Shown piece by piece: positions 18,769-28,637 of a stretch of 64,000 bases of DNA. The DNA comes from a virus. Position 1 is the stretch's first letter. Every line of letters begins with the position of its first letter. Under the pieces are notes generated by a model that ran no database searches, had not been told where the DNA came from, and was given only the letters and a program-made list of their open reading frames with translations. The DNA lies in IMG/VR virus record IMGVR_UViG_3300027985_001623, positions 34,504-98,503 of that record; one strand, given 5' to 3'. A program made the translations under genes and the position numbers.

Positions 18769-21249
18769 TTAGGCGGCTTCGAATGTTACGTTCTCGCCGA
18801 TGTTGGTTTGAAGCGCGATGAAGTCCATAGACGCCATCGTTCGCACACTGAGGATAACGACGAATATCCCTTTGGCTTCGAGCGCGAGAGTGTTTCCCGA
18901 CGTGTCATCGATTTGGTAGTCGATGATGCGTTGAGCCGGCGGATTGTTCTCGCTTTTGAGCTCCTGCATAAACGCTTCGATTTCGCCAATTGCGGAGTCT
19001 TTGTTACGTTCCACGAGCGGCAACTTGCAAAATTGCACGAGCCTTCGAGCGATTGAATCCTGTATGAAGTCCGCCATTCGCCGACGCGAGATGTTTTTTT
19101 CGCCGGAAATAAGGCTGGTCGTAATGCCCGATTGGACGATTGGACCCACGACACGGTCGATCCGCAGCGCGCACACCCCCCGATTTCTGAGCGTGATGTA
19201 ATCGTCCTTCTCTAAGTTCTGCACTCCAGTTTGGAGCCCCAAAACACTCGCCAGAAGTTCTGGAACGGGGGCCGCAGCCTGGCCGATATTCCGCTCTGGA
19301 GCGATGTTCGACATCAACGATGCAGTCCACGTGCTGAACGCGATATCGAGGACGCCATCAACCGTGGTCAGCCCGTTCGCGAGCTTGATCCGCGTGCCAA
19401 CAGCTTCGGGAATGTAAGTTCGGGCCCCGGGCCACGAGTAGACCACCCGCTCGGCTCGATATGCTCCGACGCCAGGCGACGTCGCGCCGACCACCGTGTC
19501 TAGTGAGGTCGTGGTCAACTCAGGGCTCAAAATCGCGATACGGCCGAGCCCATCGCTACTCGCTGAAAGTGCATTTGACCGTAACGCCGATCGAATGTTG
19601 GCACTCGTTCGTGCGGAGACGATTAGGTTGATTTCCGACACGGGTGTGGCATCGGAAATCATTGCGGCCAGGGCTGTCGTGTAGGCGGCATCGATTAGCG
19701 CCGCATTTGGGGCATTTAGCCCCTGAAGCGCGGCCACAAATGCCATGGCCGTGATTGGATGCAGGCGCCCCGCGAGACCGGACAGCGGATCGGCCGTGTC
19801 CCCGGTGAGGGCGGGAGGTTGGCTGATCGGCGCCACGAGCTCCCCTAGCGGGTAAACGCCGTCAACGACGCCGCCAGTAGCGTTTGTCACGGGTCGGACA
19901 GGGGTGGAGAACCCTCCGGGGTCATTCTGGTCGTAGCCGCCAGCTCCCGTGGCGCCAAGCACAACAACCGGCGCCGAGTCGGCATCGGAGCTGACGTGCA
20001 CGCGCCATGGAACGTTCGCCGCAGCCGTCCAGGCGAAGTTGGCTCCATCGAGACGTTCGACAGTTAGGTTCGTCCCCGAAACCGCGTCCGTTGCAACTCG
20101 GTAAGTTCCGCCGCCAGTTGGCGCAATTGCTCCGAGGTTGTCGTAGCCGATGACAATGACGTCACCCTTCTTGAGGCCCACATCGCCGTCATCTCGTGTG
20201 ATGGCTGCCCAATCGATCCCGTCGACAAACCCTTGGTCGTATACGGGGGCTGTAGTGTAGATCGTGGTGAGTCGCGCGCGAATGTAGAAAGCTGGAACTG
20301 CATTGATTGTGTTCTCGGCCCAATCGCTTGGCGCCGAGAACTCGATCGTTTGCCCTGCACTAACGGCGGCTGTGAACCCAACCGTTCCATCGGTGACAGT
20401 TAGCGCGGCCCAAGCCGAGCCGTTCCAATATTCCCAAGTGACCACGCCTCCAACGCCTTGCGTTCCGCCTGTGTTGTTCAGCGTGATTTTGGTGAATTGC
20501 TCTGCCATGCCGAACGCGACAAAGTCGGCGACGGTGCCCAACGCGTCCCAAGGAGTGAAATTAGCTACGGTCTCGTCGTTAAATTCGGTGGTTTGGTCGA
20601 CAAACACCGTCCCCCCTGTGTTCGCTTGCCAAACTTGCAGGGCAGCCGACGCGGAGACAAACACTTGCGTTGCCGCCGATGCTCCGCCGAGTAGCTGCCC
20701 CGCGAGACCGGTGGCGAGGGTATCGAACGCAGTGAAGTTGATGCGCTTTGCGATCAGCACACGACCACCGGTGCTGTTCCGGAACTCCCGCCCGGGGGTG
20801 ATCGTGGCCCCTTGGACCGGAACGACTGGGAGGGCATCTTCTTGTGAAGAGCACAACGGTAGCTCTCGGAAAAAACGGGCTCCGACATTCGATGTAAGGT
20901 TGACCGGCGCGATAATTAGACGGCTGAATCGCTTGTTTCGAATCGCTGCGAAACCGTTTCCACCTGCGCGTCCGAAGTCCCCGAGAGTCGGGTCAAAGGA
21001 GCCAACCTTGTTGAGCAGGTCTTGGCTGGTAGTGACCGCGACCGGCCGCACAAACGTCGTGACGTTGCCGCTTCCGTCCACGTCCGTGGCGTAAGACATG
21101 TCGGGGAATTCACCAACCAACCCGACGACGCCCGTACTGACTCCTTCGATGGAGCCGGTAGGGGCGAGATCGATGATGTTGACGCCCTCGATTTGTGAAA
21201 GAACTTCAGTTCCCGGAAAGTATGAAAATCGTCGGATGAATCCTGGCAT
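18769..21249 (-). CDS. tail sheath protein with inserted beta-sandwich domain
   Basis: 826 aa; C-terminal KNISRRRMADFIQDSI and MDFIAL sheath motifs. Confidence 0.9.
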   Translation of the reverse strand: MPGFIRRFSYFPGTEVLSQIEGVNIIDLAPTGSIEGVSTGVVGLVGEFPDMSYATDVDGSGNVTTFVRPVAVTTSQDLLNKVGSFDPTLGDFGRAGGNGFAAIRNKRFSRLIIAPVNLTSNVGARFFRELPLCSSQEDALPVVPVQGATITPGREFRNSTGGRVLIAKRINFTAFDTLATGLAGQLLGGASAATQVFVSASAALQVWQANTGGTVFVDQTTEFNDETVANFTPWDALGTVADFVAFGMAEQFTKITLNNTGGTQGVGGVVTWEYWNGSAWAALTVTDGTVGFTAAVSAGQTIEFSAPSDWAENTINAVPAFYIRARLTTIYTTAPVYDQGFVDGIDWAAITRDDGDVGLKKGDVIVIGYDNLGAIAPTGGGTYRVATDAVSGTNLTVERLDGANFAWTAAANVPWRVHVSSDADSAPVVVLGATGAGGYDQNDPGGFSTPVRPVTNATGGVVDGVYPLGELVAPISQPPALTGDTADPLSGLAGRLHPITAMAFVAALQGLNAPNAALIDAAYTTALAAMISDATPVSEINLIVSARTSANIRSALRSNALSASSDGLGRIAILSPELTTTSLDTVVGATSPGVGAYRAERVVYSWPGARTYIPEAVGTRIKLANGLTTVDGVLDIAFSTWTASLMSNIAPERNIGQAAAPVPELLASVLGLQTGVQNLEKDDYITLRNRGVCALRIDRVVGPIVQSGITTSLISGEKNISRRRMADFIQDSIARRLVQFCKLPLVERNKDSAIGEIEAFMQELKSENNPPAQRIIDYQIDDTSGNTLALEAKGIFVVILSVRTMASMDFIALQTNIGENVTFEAA

Positions 21250-21288
21250 GTCGTTTTCTTTCTTTTGAAAGTCGTTGGTTCGCCGGCT

Positions 21289-21951
21289 TTAGAGGTCACC
21301 TTCTTCGGTCAGGATGACGCGCGTTTGCGGAATCATGGTCGGCTTATTCCCAGCGGGGACGTATTGGGGGACATTAGCAGTCACTGCAATGACGGCCTTT
21401 CGCCAATTTCGGTTAGCGTTAGACACACTGTCATCGTAGAGGACAAGCTTTTTTTCGTATGTCGCGTGCGCGCCAAAGTAGAATGGCAACATCAAACGGA
21501 CGCCGCTCATCCAATTAACCGGTTCGAGCGCATCTTCAAGCGCGGCTACAAGACCCATGCGTTCGGTAATATCTGCCGCCCAAACGATAACCGCGAAGTC
21601 CTGCTGTATTTCACTAGGACTTCGTAAATAGCGTTTTGTGCCGTCGCTGATTTCTGTCAAAATTGGGCTAAAAGTTGATGTGTCGTAAAGTGCATCAACG
21701 GCGCCAACGATAGCGAGCGCTGGGTATTCGCCAACAGAAGTCGGTTCGGACCAAACTTGATGAACTTTCTTGAAACCTAGCTTTCGGCCGAGCCAGTCCA
21801 TTTCAACGGGGGCCAGATATTGCGCGAGTCCGCGTGCCAGAGCAGTTCGACCGTCCGTGTGGCGAGTGTAAGTGAGCTGTTGTTCTTGGGTCGGGTGGGC
21901 CACGAGCTGCGCGAGCAAGGCCACATCGTCAACAGGTTTAGGAGCAACCAT
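21289..21951 (-). CDS. tail terminator / neck protein
   Basis: YPALAI motif; position before sheath. Confidence 0.6.
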   Translation of the reverse strand: MVAPKPVDDVALLAQLVAHPTQEQQLTYTRHTDGRTALARGLAQYLAPVEMDWLGRKLGFKKVHQVWSEPTSVGEYPALAIVGAVDALYDTSTFSPILTEISDGTKRYLRSPSEIQQDFAVIVWAADITERMGLVAALEDALEPVNWMSGVRLMLPFYFGAHATYEKKLVLYDDSVSNANRNWRKAVIAVTANVPQYVPAGNKPTMIPQTRVILTEEGDL

Positions 21952-22451
21952 TAGCGGGCTCCTTTCGCGAGAATGCGGTCAATCATCTGTGTGAGGCCAT
22001 TTTCGATCCCCCGCGATATCTCAGCGTGGTTTCGCGGATCGGTGAGAACCCTCCGAGCCTCGATGCCATCGCGACCGATTTTGCGGGCAACTGCGAATGC
22101 TGTCGCTCGACCACCGCCGAGTTTATCGCGCACCCAATCAAGGATGCCGTCAACTGGTGGTGGTCGAGCTCCCGCGCGGCGCCCATCTTCGACGAAGACA
22201 GCGTGCGGTTCAACATTCCAAATTGTGAGGTACATTTTTTGGGTACCGCCGTACGTGCGAAATCGCCAGCCAGTTTGAAATCGTCGACGCCAACGGATAT
22301 TGGCGGATAACGTGGTCAATAGCCGAACGCTGTTTTGACCAACGGTGTTGAGCACTTGCTGCTGTTCTTTTCGCAGTGAAATGCCAAATTTGCGCTCGTA
22401 CTCCCCAATACGGGGATCCTTTCGAACGTCAACGACAAATTTAACGGTCAT
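21951..22451 (-). CDS. HK97 gp10-like neck protein
   Basis: NVEPHAVFVEDG, PPVDGILDWV, AFAVARKIGRDG motifs. Confidence 0.75.
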   Translation of the reverse strand: MTVKFVVDVRKDPRIGEYERKFGISLRKEQQQVLNTVGQNSVRLLTTLSANIRWRRRFQTGWRFRTYGGTQKMYLTIWNVEPHAVFVEDGRRAGARPPPVDGILDWVRDKLGGGRATAFAVARKIGRDGIEARRVLTDPRNHAEISRGIENGLTQMIDRILAKGAR

Positions 22452-23023
22452 TGAAGCTCTCCGTATCGTGTGCGATCATCAATCGCTTTGTTGAGGAATA
22501 TCGACCATTCGAAATTGAGCTGGTCTGCATTTGGAGCGGATCCAACAGTGAACCGGCGTCGAATGCCAGTTCCATCTTCCTGCATGTAAAAGACCTCCCA
22601 AAAGAAATCGACGTCATCAGGGATAGACTCCCCGTTCGGAACAACACCGCCGCGACCAATCAGCAAGTCCTCGGAATAGCGGAGTGAGATCTCCGACACG
22701 CGAACTCGCCCGTCTTCGATAACTCCAGCGCTTTCTGTTTCGCGACGAATGTAGGAGGCGTCAGACACCAAGGGGGTCGGAAGAAGCCGTATCGTGCACG
22801 CCACTTGTTCAGTGCCTATACCGCGCTCGCCACCAGACCAACGCGTCCAAACGAGAAAAACCTGATCCGGTCGCGCGCCAAGTTTGGTGTAGAGATCGCG
22901 AATTTTATCGGCAGTGCAGACCAACGAGCTGAGCAATGTGCGCCCAAGTCCTGGACCATCGAGGACGGTGAAATCGCTCGGGTCACAAGTGCAGGACGTC
23001 GTTTTGCAACTTTGGCAAGCCAT
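22448..23023 (-). CDS. head closure/stopper protein
   Basis: 191 aa in neck cluster; beta-rich. Confidence 0.55.
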   Translation of the reverse strand: MACQSCKTTSCTCDPSDFTVLDGPGLGRTLLSSLVCTADKIRDLYTKLGARPDQVFLVWTRWSGGERGIGTEQVACTIRLLPTPLVSDASYIRRETESAGVIEDGRVRVSEISLRYSEDLLIGRGGVVPNGESIPDDVDFFWEVFYMQEDGTGIRRRFTVGSAPNADQLNFEWSIFLNKAIDDRTRYGELQ

Positions 23024-23026
23024 AGG

Positions 23027-23470
23027 TTACCGCACGGGAACAGAGCTGCCCGGCCCAGACCTTCGAGCTCGCGACGAGAACCAGTATTTCGGAGCACCAA
23101 GCACGTCGGCAAGCCGGCTCGCCCAACGCATGTACTCACGTTCAAGTGAATCAGTGGCTAGTTGGCCGCGATATCTGAGTGGGTGAAGCGTCATTTTACC
23201 CAGACTCTCAACCCCAAGTTGGCAAAGTTGCTCGACCATAGCCGCTTCGATTTTGTCGAGTACGCACAAGATTTTGCGCACGCGCGCTACGGAGAGATTG
23301 TTGACAATGTTGTTCAACGATTGTTCGAGCAAAAATACGGTCTGTAGCGGTTGCGGAATACCCAACTGAATGGACGGCGCAAACTCAGTCAGGAGATACC
23401 CCATGTGATAGCGGCAACGCTCCTTATCCGACTCAGTCAAAGAGTCTACTGTGATTGCTGGTCCAGCCAT
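23027..23470 (-). CDS. head-tail adaptor
   Basis: helical 147 aa (ERCRYHMGY...LADVLG) downstream of capsid gene. Confidence 0.6.
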   Translation of the reverse strand: MAGPAITVDSLTESDKERCRYHMGYLLTEFAPSIQLGIPQPLQTVFLLEQSLNNIVNNLSVARVRKILCVLDKIEAAMVEQLCQLGVESLGKMTLHPLRYRGQLATDSLEREYMRWASRLADVLGAPKYWFSSRARRSGPGSSVPVR

Positions 23471-23473
23471 TGG

Positions 23474-23851
23474 TTAGCCTCCCTTTTTCTCGCTGAGGAG
23501 GACACCCATCCGTTTGAACTCTTCGACAGCGCCGTCTCCAAATTTCGCGTCGGACACAACAGAGTCGATTTTCAGGGGCAGCAGCTGGCCTTTCCACGCA
23601 ACAGTCACCTTGCGCTTTACGTAGAACACGGGTCCTCGCGAGCGGCTGATCGGCTCCTGCACTTTCACCGCGCCACGCTCTTCTTTCACTTGAGCGCGAT
23701 TCAGCACGGGCTCGACGAAATCATCTGGCGTCGCTGCTGCGATAGGCTTTTCTGGAGTGACCGTTTGCGTGTCGAGACCCGATGTGTTCGTCTCCGGAGC
23801 CGTGACGCGAACGTGAGCGATGGTGTCTTTGGAACTTGATGCTTTGGACAT
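23474..23851 (-). CDS. hypothetical protein after capsid gene
   Basis: ATG at 23851 lies downstream of the capsid terminator; low-complexity N-term plus small C-term domain. Confidence 0.6.
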   Translation of the reverse strand: MSKASSSKDTIAHVRVTAPETNTSGLDTQTVTPEKPIAAATPDDFVEPVLNRAQVKEERGAVKVQEPISRSRGPVFYVKRKVTVAWKGQLLPLKIDSVVSDAKFGDGAVEEFKRMGVLLSEKKGG

Positions 23852-23915
23852 GGTGTGCCTATGAAAGTCTACCGCGATAGCTAAGGAAAGTGCCAGAAAC
23901 GAATTTGAAACCAAG

Positions 23916-23947
23916 AAAAAAGCCAGCGATTCGGTGCTGGCTTTTTT
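23916..23947 (-). terminator. intrinsic terminator after major capsid gene
   Basis: AAAAAAGCCAGC-N8-GCTGGCTTTTTT. Confidence 0.8.
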
Positions 23948-23969
23948 GATCACTTTTAGTGAGAAGCGA

Positions 23970-25364
23970 TCAGGCATGTTCGAGACATGCAAATCGCTTG
24001 TATCGCGCCGACGATCCGGTGGCTGCGTCCGTTCGCGCGGGCCAGTCGGCGATGATTTTCCACGTCGTGGAAATGGTGTCTTGCGTTCGGTTGAGCGGCG
24101 CCCGAATGACCATCTGAATCCGTTCCGCGAAAACTTCGATGCCGTTGTTGGTAACCGAAATTGGGGAGACTTTGCCGGTTACGCCAACTTCAGTGATGAG
24201 TTGTGCGAGATCAGCAAAGTACTCAATGATGCCCCCTTGTGCCGTGAACAACATGCGGTGAACTTCAAGGCCACCCACCGAACCATTGGCGGTGAGTTCG
24301 CCGGGGAACGGATCGCGATCCGTGAACACGTTCGTCGATCCGTTGACTACCGTGTCGATTCTCGGGCATTCAGAGTTTCGGTAGAACGCCGTACCGAGCA
24401 ACTGACCGAGCGCAAACTCCTTGTACATGTAGTAATCCGGCAGGCTCGTGAGGAGTCGCTGGAATTCATCGTCCGCGAAAAGCTCGGTCAAGCTCATCGG
24501 ATCCAGGTGCGCATGGAATCGCCCGTCTGAGTGCTCAGGCACGTTTTGCGACCAGAAGTTCTGAACCACACTTCGGACCCCAGCTAGCGTAGCGATGTCA
24601 CCGCCTGAAAGGTCACGAACGGAGTTTCCGCCGCCAGCACGGACAATGTGGGATTTATCCACGCTGTAGACAGCATCGCCGTCTGCTGCGGTGGCGGCCG
24701 CGTCCAAGAGCAAAATGCCTGGACCGTAGATGTCACCAGCAACATCTGGCGTGAAGCCAATGACGTTCCGGGTAATCGCCGGGCCTGCTTCAATCGTGAT
24801 TGAAAGCGGATTCGAGGCCGAGACGGGACCGAAAGCGACCGCACTGGCTCCGGGCAACGACGGATTCCGTGCTGTAGTGAATCCATTGAGTCGTTTGACG
24901 CGCATTGACGTGGAAGCTACGGTCGCACCATCCGCGACGGTCCATCCACTCAACGCCGCCGCATACATGCGATTTCGAGTGACGCGGTTGATGGTCTGGG
25001 CCCCTTGAAGCCCGACTTTCTTTCCGTTCTGCATGAAGAGACTGGCAATAGCCAGCATTGAAGACGGCATCGCCGTGTCAATCGTCCCGGAGTACTGCTG
25101 GAGTTGCGCGGTCCACTGTTCGATAGAATACGAGGCTGGAATGGGGTCCGTTCCCGGAACAAGGGGTCTCGCGTCAACAGCCATCAACCCATCGCCGGAG
25201 AAGATTTGGCTATCGCCAGCCACCCCGTTCCAAACTTTGGGCATGGCTTCAGAACGGAACAAGAGGTTTGGAAAAAGAGCGTCCTGAAAGGCTCTTTCCA
25301 AGTAACCTTCTTGCGTGATTGCGCGAACTTCTGGACTTTGGGTGATGACTGAAAAATCGGGCAT
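23970..25364 (-). CDS. major capsid protein (N4-gp56/DUF4043-like)
   Basis: 464 aa after scaffold; QEGYLERAFQDAL N-terminus and LQQYSGTID motif; followed by terminator. Confidence 0.85.
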   Translation of the reverse strand: MPDFSVITQSPEVRAITQEGYLERAFQDALFPNLLFRSEAMPKVWNGVAGDSQIFSGDGLMAVDARPLVPGTDPIPASYSIEQWTAQLQQYSGTIDTAMPSSMLAIASLFMQNGKKVGLQGAQTINRVTRNRMYAAALSGWTVADGATVASTSMRVKRLNGFTTARNPSLPGASAVAFGPVSASNPLSITIEAGPAITRNVIGFTPDVAGDIYGPGILLLDAAATAADGDAVYSVDKSHIVRAGGGNSVRDLSGGDIATLAGVRSVVQNFWSQNVPEHSDGRFHAHLDPMSLTELFADDEFQRLLTSLPDYYMYKEFALGQLLGTAFYRNSECPRIDTVVNGSTNVFTDRDPFPGELTANGSVGGLEVHRMLFTAQGGIIEYFADLAQLITEVGVTGKVSPISVTNNGIEVFAERIQMVIRAPLNRTQDTISTTWKIIADWPARTDAATGSSARYKRFACLEHA

Positions 25365-25385
25365 GGCTTGATCTCTGTGAGTTGG

Positions 25386-26180
25386 TTAGTGAACGCCGGA
25401 GCTTGGGTCGTGCAACCCGAGTTTAGCTAAACCTGCACGGTACTCTTCCACGGTCATGTCCTTCGCCCGTTTTACAGGGGGCGCCTTTTTCGAGGCTTCA
25501 TCCGCCGCGGATGCTTTGGCGGCGTCGTCACCCTTAGATTCAGTGCCCGTTGTGGCTGGAATGACTGTGGCTTCGTACAGTGTCGGGTGTGTGGATTTGA
25601 GCGTGGCCCTAAAGAACTTCTTGGCGTCAAATGCCGCTAAGTCCTTCGGGGTTTGGCCAGAAAGGGACTTGCGCACCAAGTGGAGTGCGTAATCAACGTC
25701 TTGGACTCCATGCCGGACAGCCTCGACACGGAGCTCGGACTCGGCTTGTAGCGCTTCAAGTTGTGCGGTTGCTTGTTTTCGGGCGCGTACTTCGTTCGCG
25801 TGCAATTGCTGTACGCGTTGGTAATCAGCCTGAAGCCGCCGCACGTCAACGGTTGGCGCGGATTCGGCTGCTTCGGGTGCTGCTTTTTTAGAAGTCGTGG
25901 CGGTCTTCTTAACGGGTTTCTTGGGCATTTCAGGTGTCGCTTTTTTCTTGGTCGCTTCGGCTGCCATCTCAGCCCAACTTGAGAAGCCTGCTTTTTGTGC
26001 TTCGAGATTGAGCTCGTCCAGGGCGGCTTTACGCCCCTTTTCGCGTTCCGCTTCTTTGATCGAAGCCATAGATGACGTCGGGATGGTCAAAGTTTTGGGT
26101 TCTCCAACTGGCGGCGCTTCCGGTTCCGCGGGCGGAGTTTCTTGAGGCGAGGCTGGTTCGGGTGGTTTTGTTTCTGGCAT
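25386..26180 (-). CDS. capsid scaffolding protein
   Basis: Pro/Glu N-term, coiled coil, HPTLYE, C-terminal DMTVEEYRA; directly upstream of MCP. Confidence 0.8.
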   Translation of the reverse strand: MPETKPPEPASPQETPPAEPEAPPVGEPKTLTIPTSSMASIKEAEREKGRKAALDELNLEAQKAGFSSWAEMAAEATKKKATPEMPKKPVKKTATTSKKAAPEAAESAPTVDVRRLQADYQRVQQLHANEVRARKQATAQLEALQAESELRVEAVRHGVQDVDYALHLVRKSLSGQTPKDLAAFDAKKFFRATLKSTHPTLYEATVIPATTGTESKGDDAAKASAADEASKKAPPVKRAKDMTVEEYRAGLAKLGLHDPSSGVH

Positions 26181-26326
26181 GGTCTGACCTTTTTTTCGGG
26201 ATCCTCGTCTTCATCAACAATTCACCGCTGTTGCACGTCGAGATTAACTGCTCTCGTGGGCATAGCGACGAAGGTGTCAAATACTCGGGACAGAACGTGG
26301 GAGGAAATGTAACCCTAAAATTCGGG

Positions 26327-26779
26327 TTACGGACTTGCGGTTTTGAACGTTGACGTGAGCCCCTGCATTCGGGGGAAGTAGGAGAGTACGAATGCTGTGA
26401 CACCAGCTTCGAACGTGATGGTGGTCCCGTCATCGCTGACTGTCGCGACGGTCGCCGACGCAGTCCCGCCAACATCAGTCATTTGCCGAGGGCCAGCCGC
26501 GGCAGCACCGGCCGTTACACGAACCGATGAAATGTGGCCGATTGCGGGCAAGTTTGTGCCGGCTGGCAACGCTGGATCAATCCCCACAATTGTTGCGGCC
26601 GCTTTAACGGCAGCCGTGGTGATGTCAAACGACGTTGCAGACGCGAGACCAACAAGGGTAACCTTAACCGGACTAAGTGCGTAGCCAATTTGACCAGACC
26701 GCATCGCGTCGGGAAGAGTTGGCGGGAGCGCGTTGTTAAGCGCATACTGGAGCGTTTGGTTGACGTTGATGGTGGTCAT
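26327..26779 (-). CDS. putative head decoration/structural protein
   Basis: 150 aa Ala/Thr/Val-rich beta protein in head cluster. Confidence 0.5.
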   Translation of the reverse strand: MTTINVNQTLQYALNNALPPTLPDAMRSGQIGYALSPVKVTLVGLASATSFDITTAAVKAAATIVGIDPALPAGTNLPAIGHISSVRVTAGAAAAGPRQMTDVGGTASATVATVSDDGTTITFEAGVTAFVLSYFPRMQGLTSTFKTASP

Positions 26780-26782
26780 GGT

Positions 26783-26935
26783 TCACTTTCCTTTGCCGGA
26801 ATTTGCCCTGCCAACAGTAGGCCGCTTACTTGGTGCCGGAGGCTCTGGCGGGCGGAAATTCTTTGGGTCATTTTTTGCTTCCGCGTTGGTTCGTGCGGTT
26901 CGAGGCTGTCCTGCCGGTTTTACGCCTTTGAACAT
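26783..26935 (-). CDS. small basic Pro/Lys/Arg-rich protein (not in ORF track)
   Basis: MFKGVKPAGQPRTARTNAEAKNDPKNFRPPEPPAPSKRPTVGRANSGKGK*, 50 aa, stop 3 nt before next ATG. Confidence 0.55.
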   Translation of the reverse strand: MFKGVKPAGQPRTARTNAEAKNDPKNFRPPEPPAPSKRPTVGRANSGKGK

Positions 26936-27056
26936 TGGTAAGGCCCTTCCCAAACTCCGAACATCGTTGGAGCTCCGTTAAAAATCCTAGCGCTTTCAGT
27001 ACAGAATCGCTAGCCGTCATTATTCGTTGTTCGAAAATTTCTTTTCGCTCGTGTTT

Positions 27057-27702
27057 TTACTGATCGTTCTCGTCCTCACCAGCATCGTCTTCGCTCTCGT
27101 CCTCGCCTTCTTCTTCTTCTTCTTCTTCTTCTTCTTCTTCTTCTTCGCTCTCGCCTTCTTCTTCTTCTTCGCTCTCGCCTTCTTCTTCTTCTTCTTCTTC
27201 TTCTTCTTCTTCTTCTTCTTCTTCTTCTTCTTCTTCGCTATCGTCCGTCCTCAGGTGGGGACTCCGGAGCCAAAGTGGTGTCAGATTCCGTGGAGCTATC
27301 CGGTCGAATGATATCCGAGGTCAGCGGAGCTGCACGGAATAGCCACATCCCGAAATCTTCGAGTTCCGTAATCAACCCAATACTTTGAAGGTGTTGCGCC
27401 AACGAGGTGGCCTCGTCGAACGTCAAGTCCTGAACGCCGCTAAGCGCATCGACCAGCTCGGCTGGCGCATCCTCAAGCACGTTTTTGATGAGAACGGTGT
27501 CCAAATGAGACGGCTCAAATTTTTGATCGCCCATTACTTCCGCGGACAAGTCCTCCCACGCGAAATCGAGTTCGGAGCCATGCTTTTCAAGTGCGACTCG
27601 AAGGTTTTCGAGTCGCGTCTCGGGGACCTCAGAATTCGAAGCCGTTTCGTTTGACGGTTCTCCATAGCGGACAAAAGATTGCAGTGTTTTTGCGTTTAAC
27701 AT
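27057..27702 (-). CDS. acidic protein whose poly-Glu tail is separated by a 1-nt frameshift
   Basis: ORF 27702-27238 stops at TAG; +1 frame continues DDS-E19-GES-E5-GES-E13-GEDESEDDAGEDENDQ* to 27057. Confidence 0.6.
27108..27236. repeat. (TTC)n/(GAA)n microsatellite: runs of 13, 5 and 19 units split by GCTCTCGCC
   Basis: read directly from sequence. Confidence 0.95.
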
Positions 27703-27707
27703 GTTGA

Positions 27708-28637
27708 TCACTTTACTGGGGAACGGAATCCCCGTTCCATTGTGTAGGTTGGGACATTCCAACCTGGCATCCAAGGCAGAATAATAGCGCGATCGTTAGG
27801 ACGATTTGGTGGGTGGCTCCAAGAGCCTCCGATGAGCGAAGATTTGACCGGCGCATCGGGAGGCATGACAAACAACCTTCCGGGCCGAGCGACCTGCCCA
27901 TGAAGCGCCATCGAATCAAGCCCAACTCGATTATCGAGCGGAAGCCCGGTTGAATCGCTCACAAGTTCCGTCCAACGAGATCGGACTCCTGCGAATTCCG
28001 GTTCGTTGGCTAGGTCTTCGAGAAGTACTGTTTGCGCGTTGTTGAAAAGCGAATTTGCGGTTGTTCGAACCACGCGTTCGACTTTCCACCAGGACTCGTC
28101 AAGACCGATTGCTGCCGCCGAAACGACGTCAGACCCTTTGAGGTCCGTGATGGGAATATCGCTAAATCGCGACAGCACGGAAATTGCCAATTCTTGTGAG
28201 ATGGCTCGGGATACTTGGGCTTGCGTAATCGCCCGAGCTGCGCGCTGCGCCTGCATCAAGCGTTGGCGACGTTCCGCGTCCGTAAGGGTTACCGACAAGC
28301 GAGAGACTCGACGAAATAGCCGTTCCAGCAAAAGTGCTGCCTCCACACCCGAGTCGTTCCCAACATCCTCCAGCACGGATTCAGCCTTTTCGCCAATTGG
28401 CACCACGGCTTCTTCGATGAATCTTCGCACGAGAATTTCGCGGTCCCGCTTCACGAACGCGCGCGTATTCCCTTTGAGAATTTTGTTGAGACCGGTCACG
28501 ATTTGCCCGATCGCCCGCTCTCGTATGCGGTTCGCCGGGGCCAATGCCGTGCGGTCCAGGAATCTTCGCATCAAGAGATGCGCGGCAGTAATGGCGGCGA
28601 GCAAATCATGGTGCTGACGTTTTTGTTCGTCTGTCAC
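27708..28637 (-). CDS. MuF/SPP1 gp7-like head morphogenesis protein
   Basis: ERVVRTT, DNRV..DSMALHGQ, HPPNRPNDR motifs. Confidence 0.75.
   Translation of the reverse strand: MTDEQKRQHHDLLAAITAAHLLMRRFLDRTALAPANRIRERAIGQIVTGLNKILKGNTRAFVKRDREILVRRFIEEAVVPIGEKAESVLEDVGNDSGVEAALLLERLFRRVSRLSVTLTDAERRQRLMQAQRAARAITQAQVSRAISQELAISVLSRFSDIPITDLKGSDVVSAAAIGLDESWWKVERVVRTTANSLFNNAQTVLLEDLANEPEFAGVRSRWTELVSDSTGLPLDNRVGLDSMALHGQVARPGRLFVMPPDAPVKSSLIGGSWSHPPNRPNDRAIILPWMPGWNVPTYTMERGFRSPVK

Noticed and set aside
27027-27311. Plus-strand poly-Phe ORF
   Set aside because: Antisense shadow of the GAA repeat; the minus-strand Glu frame explains the non-repeat codons.
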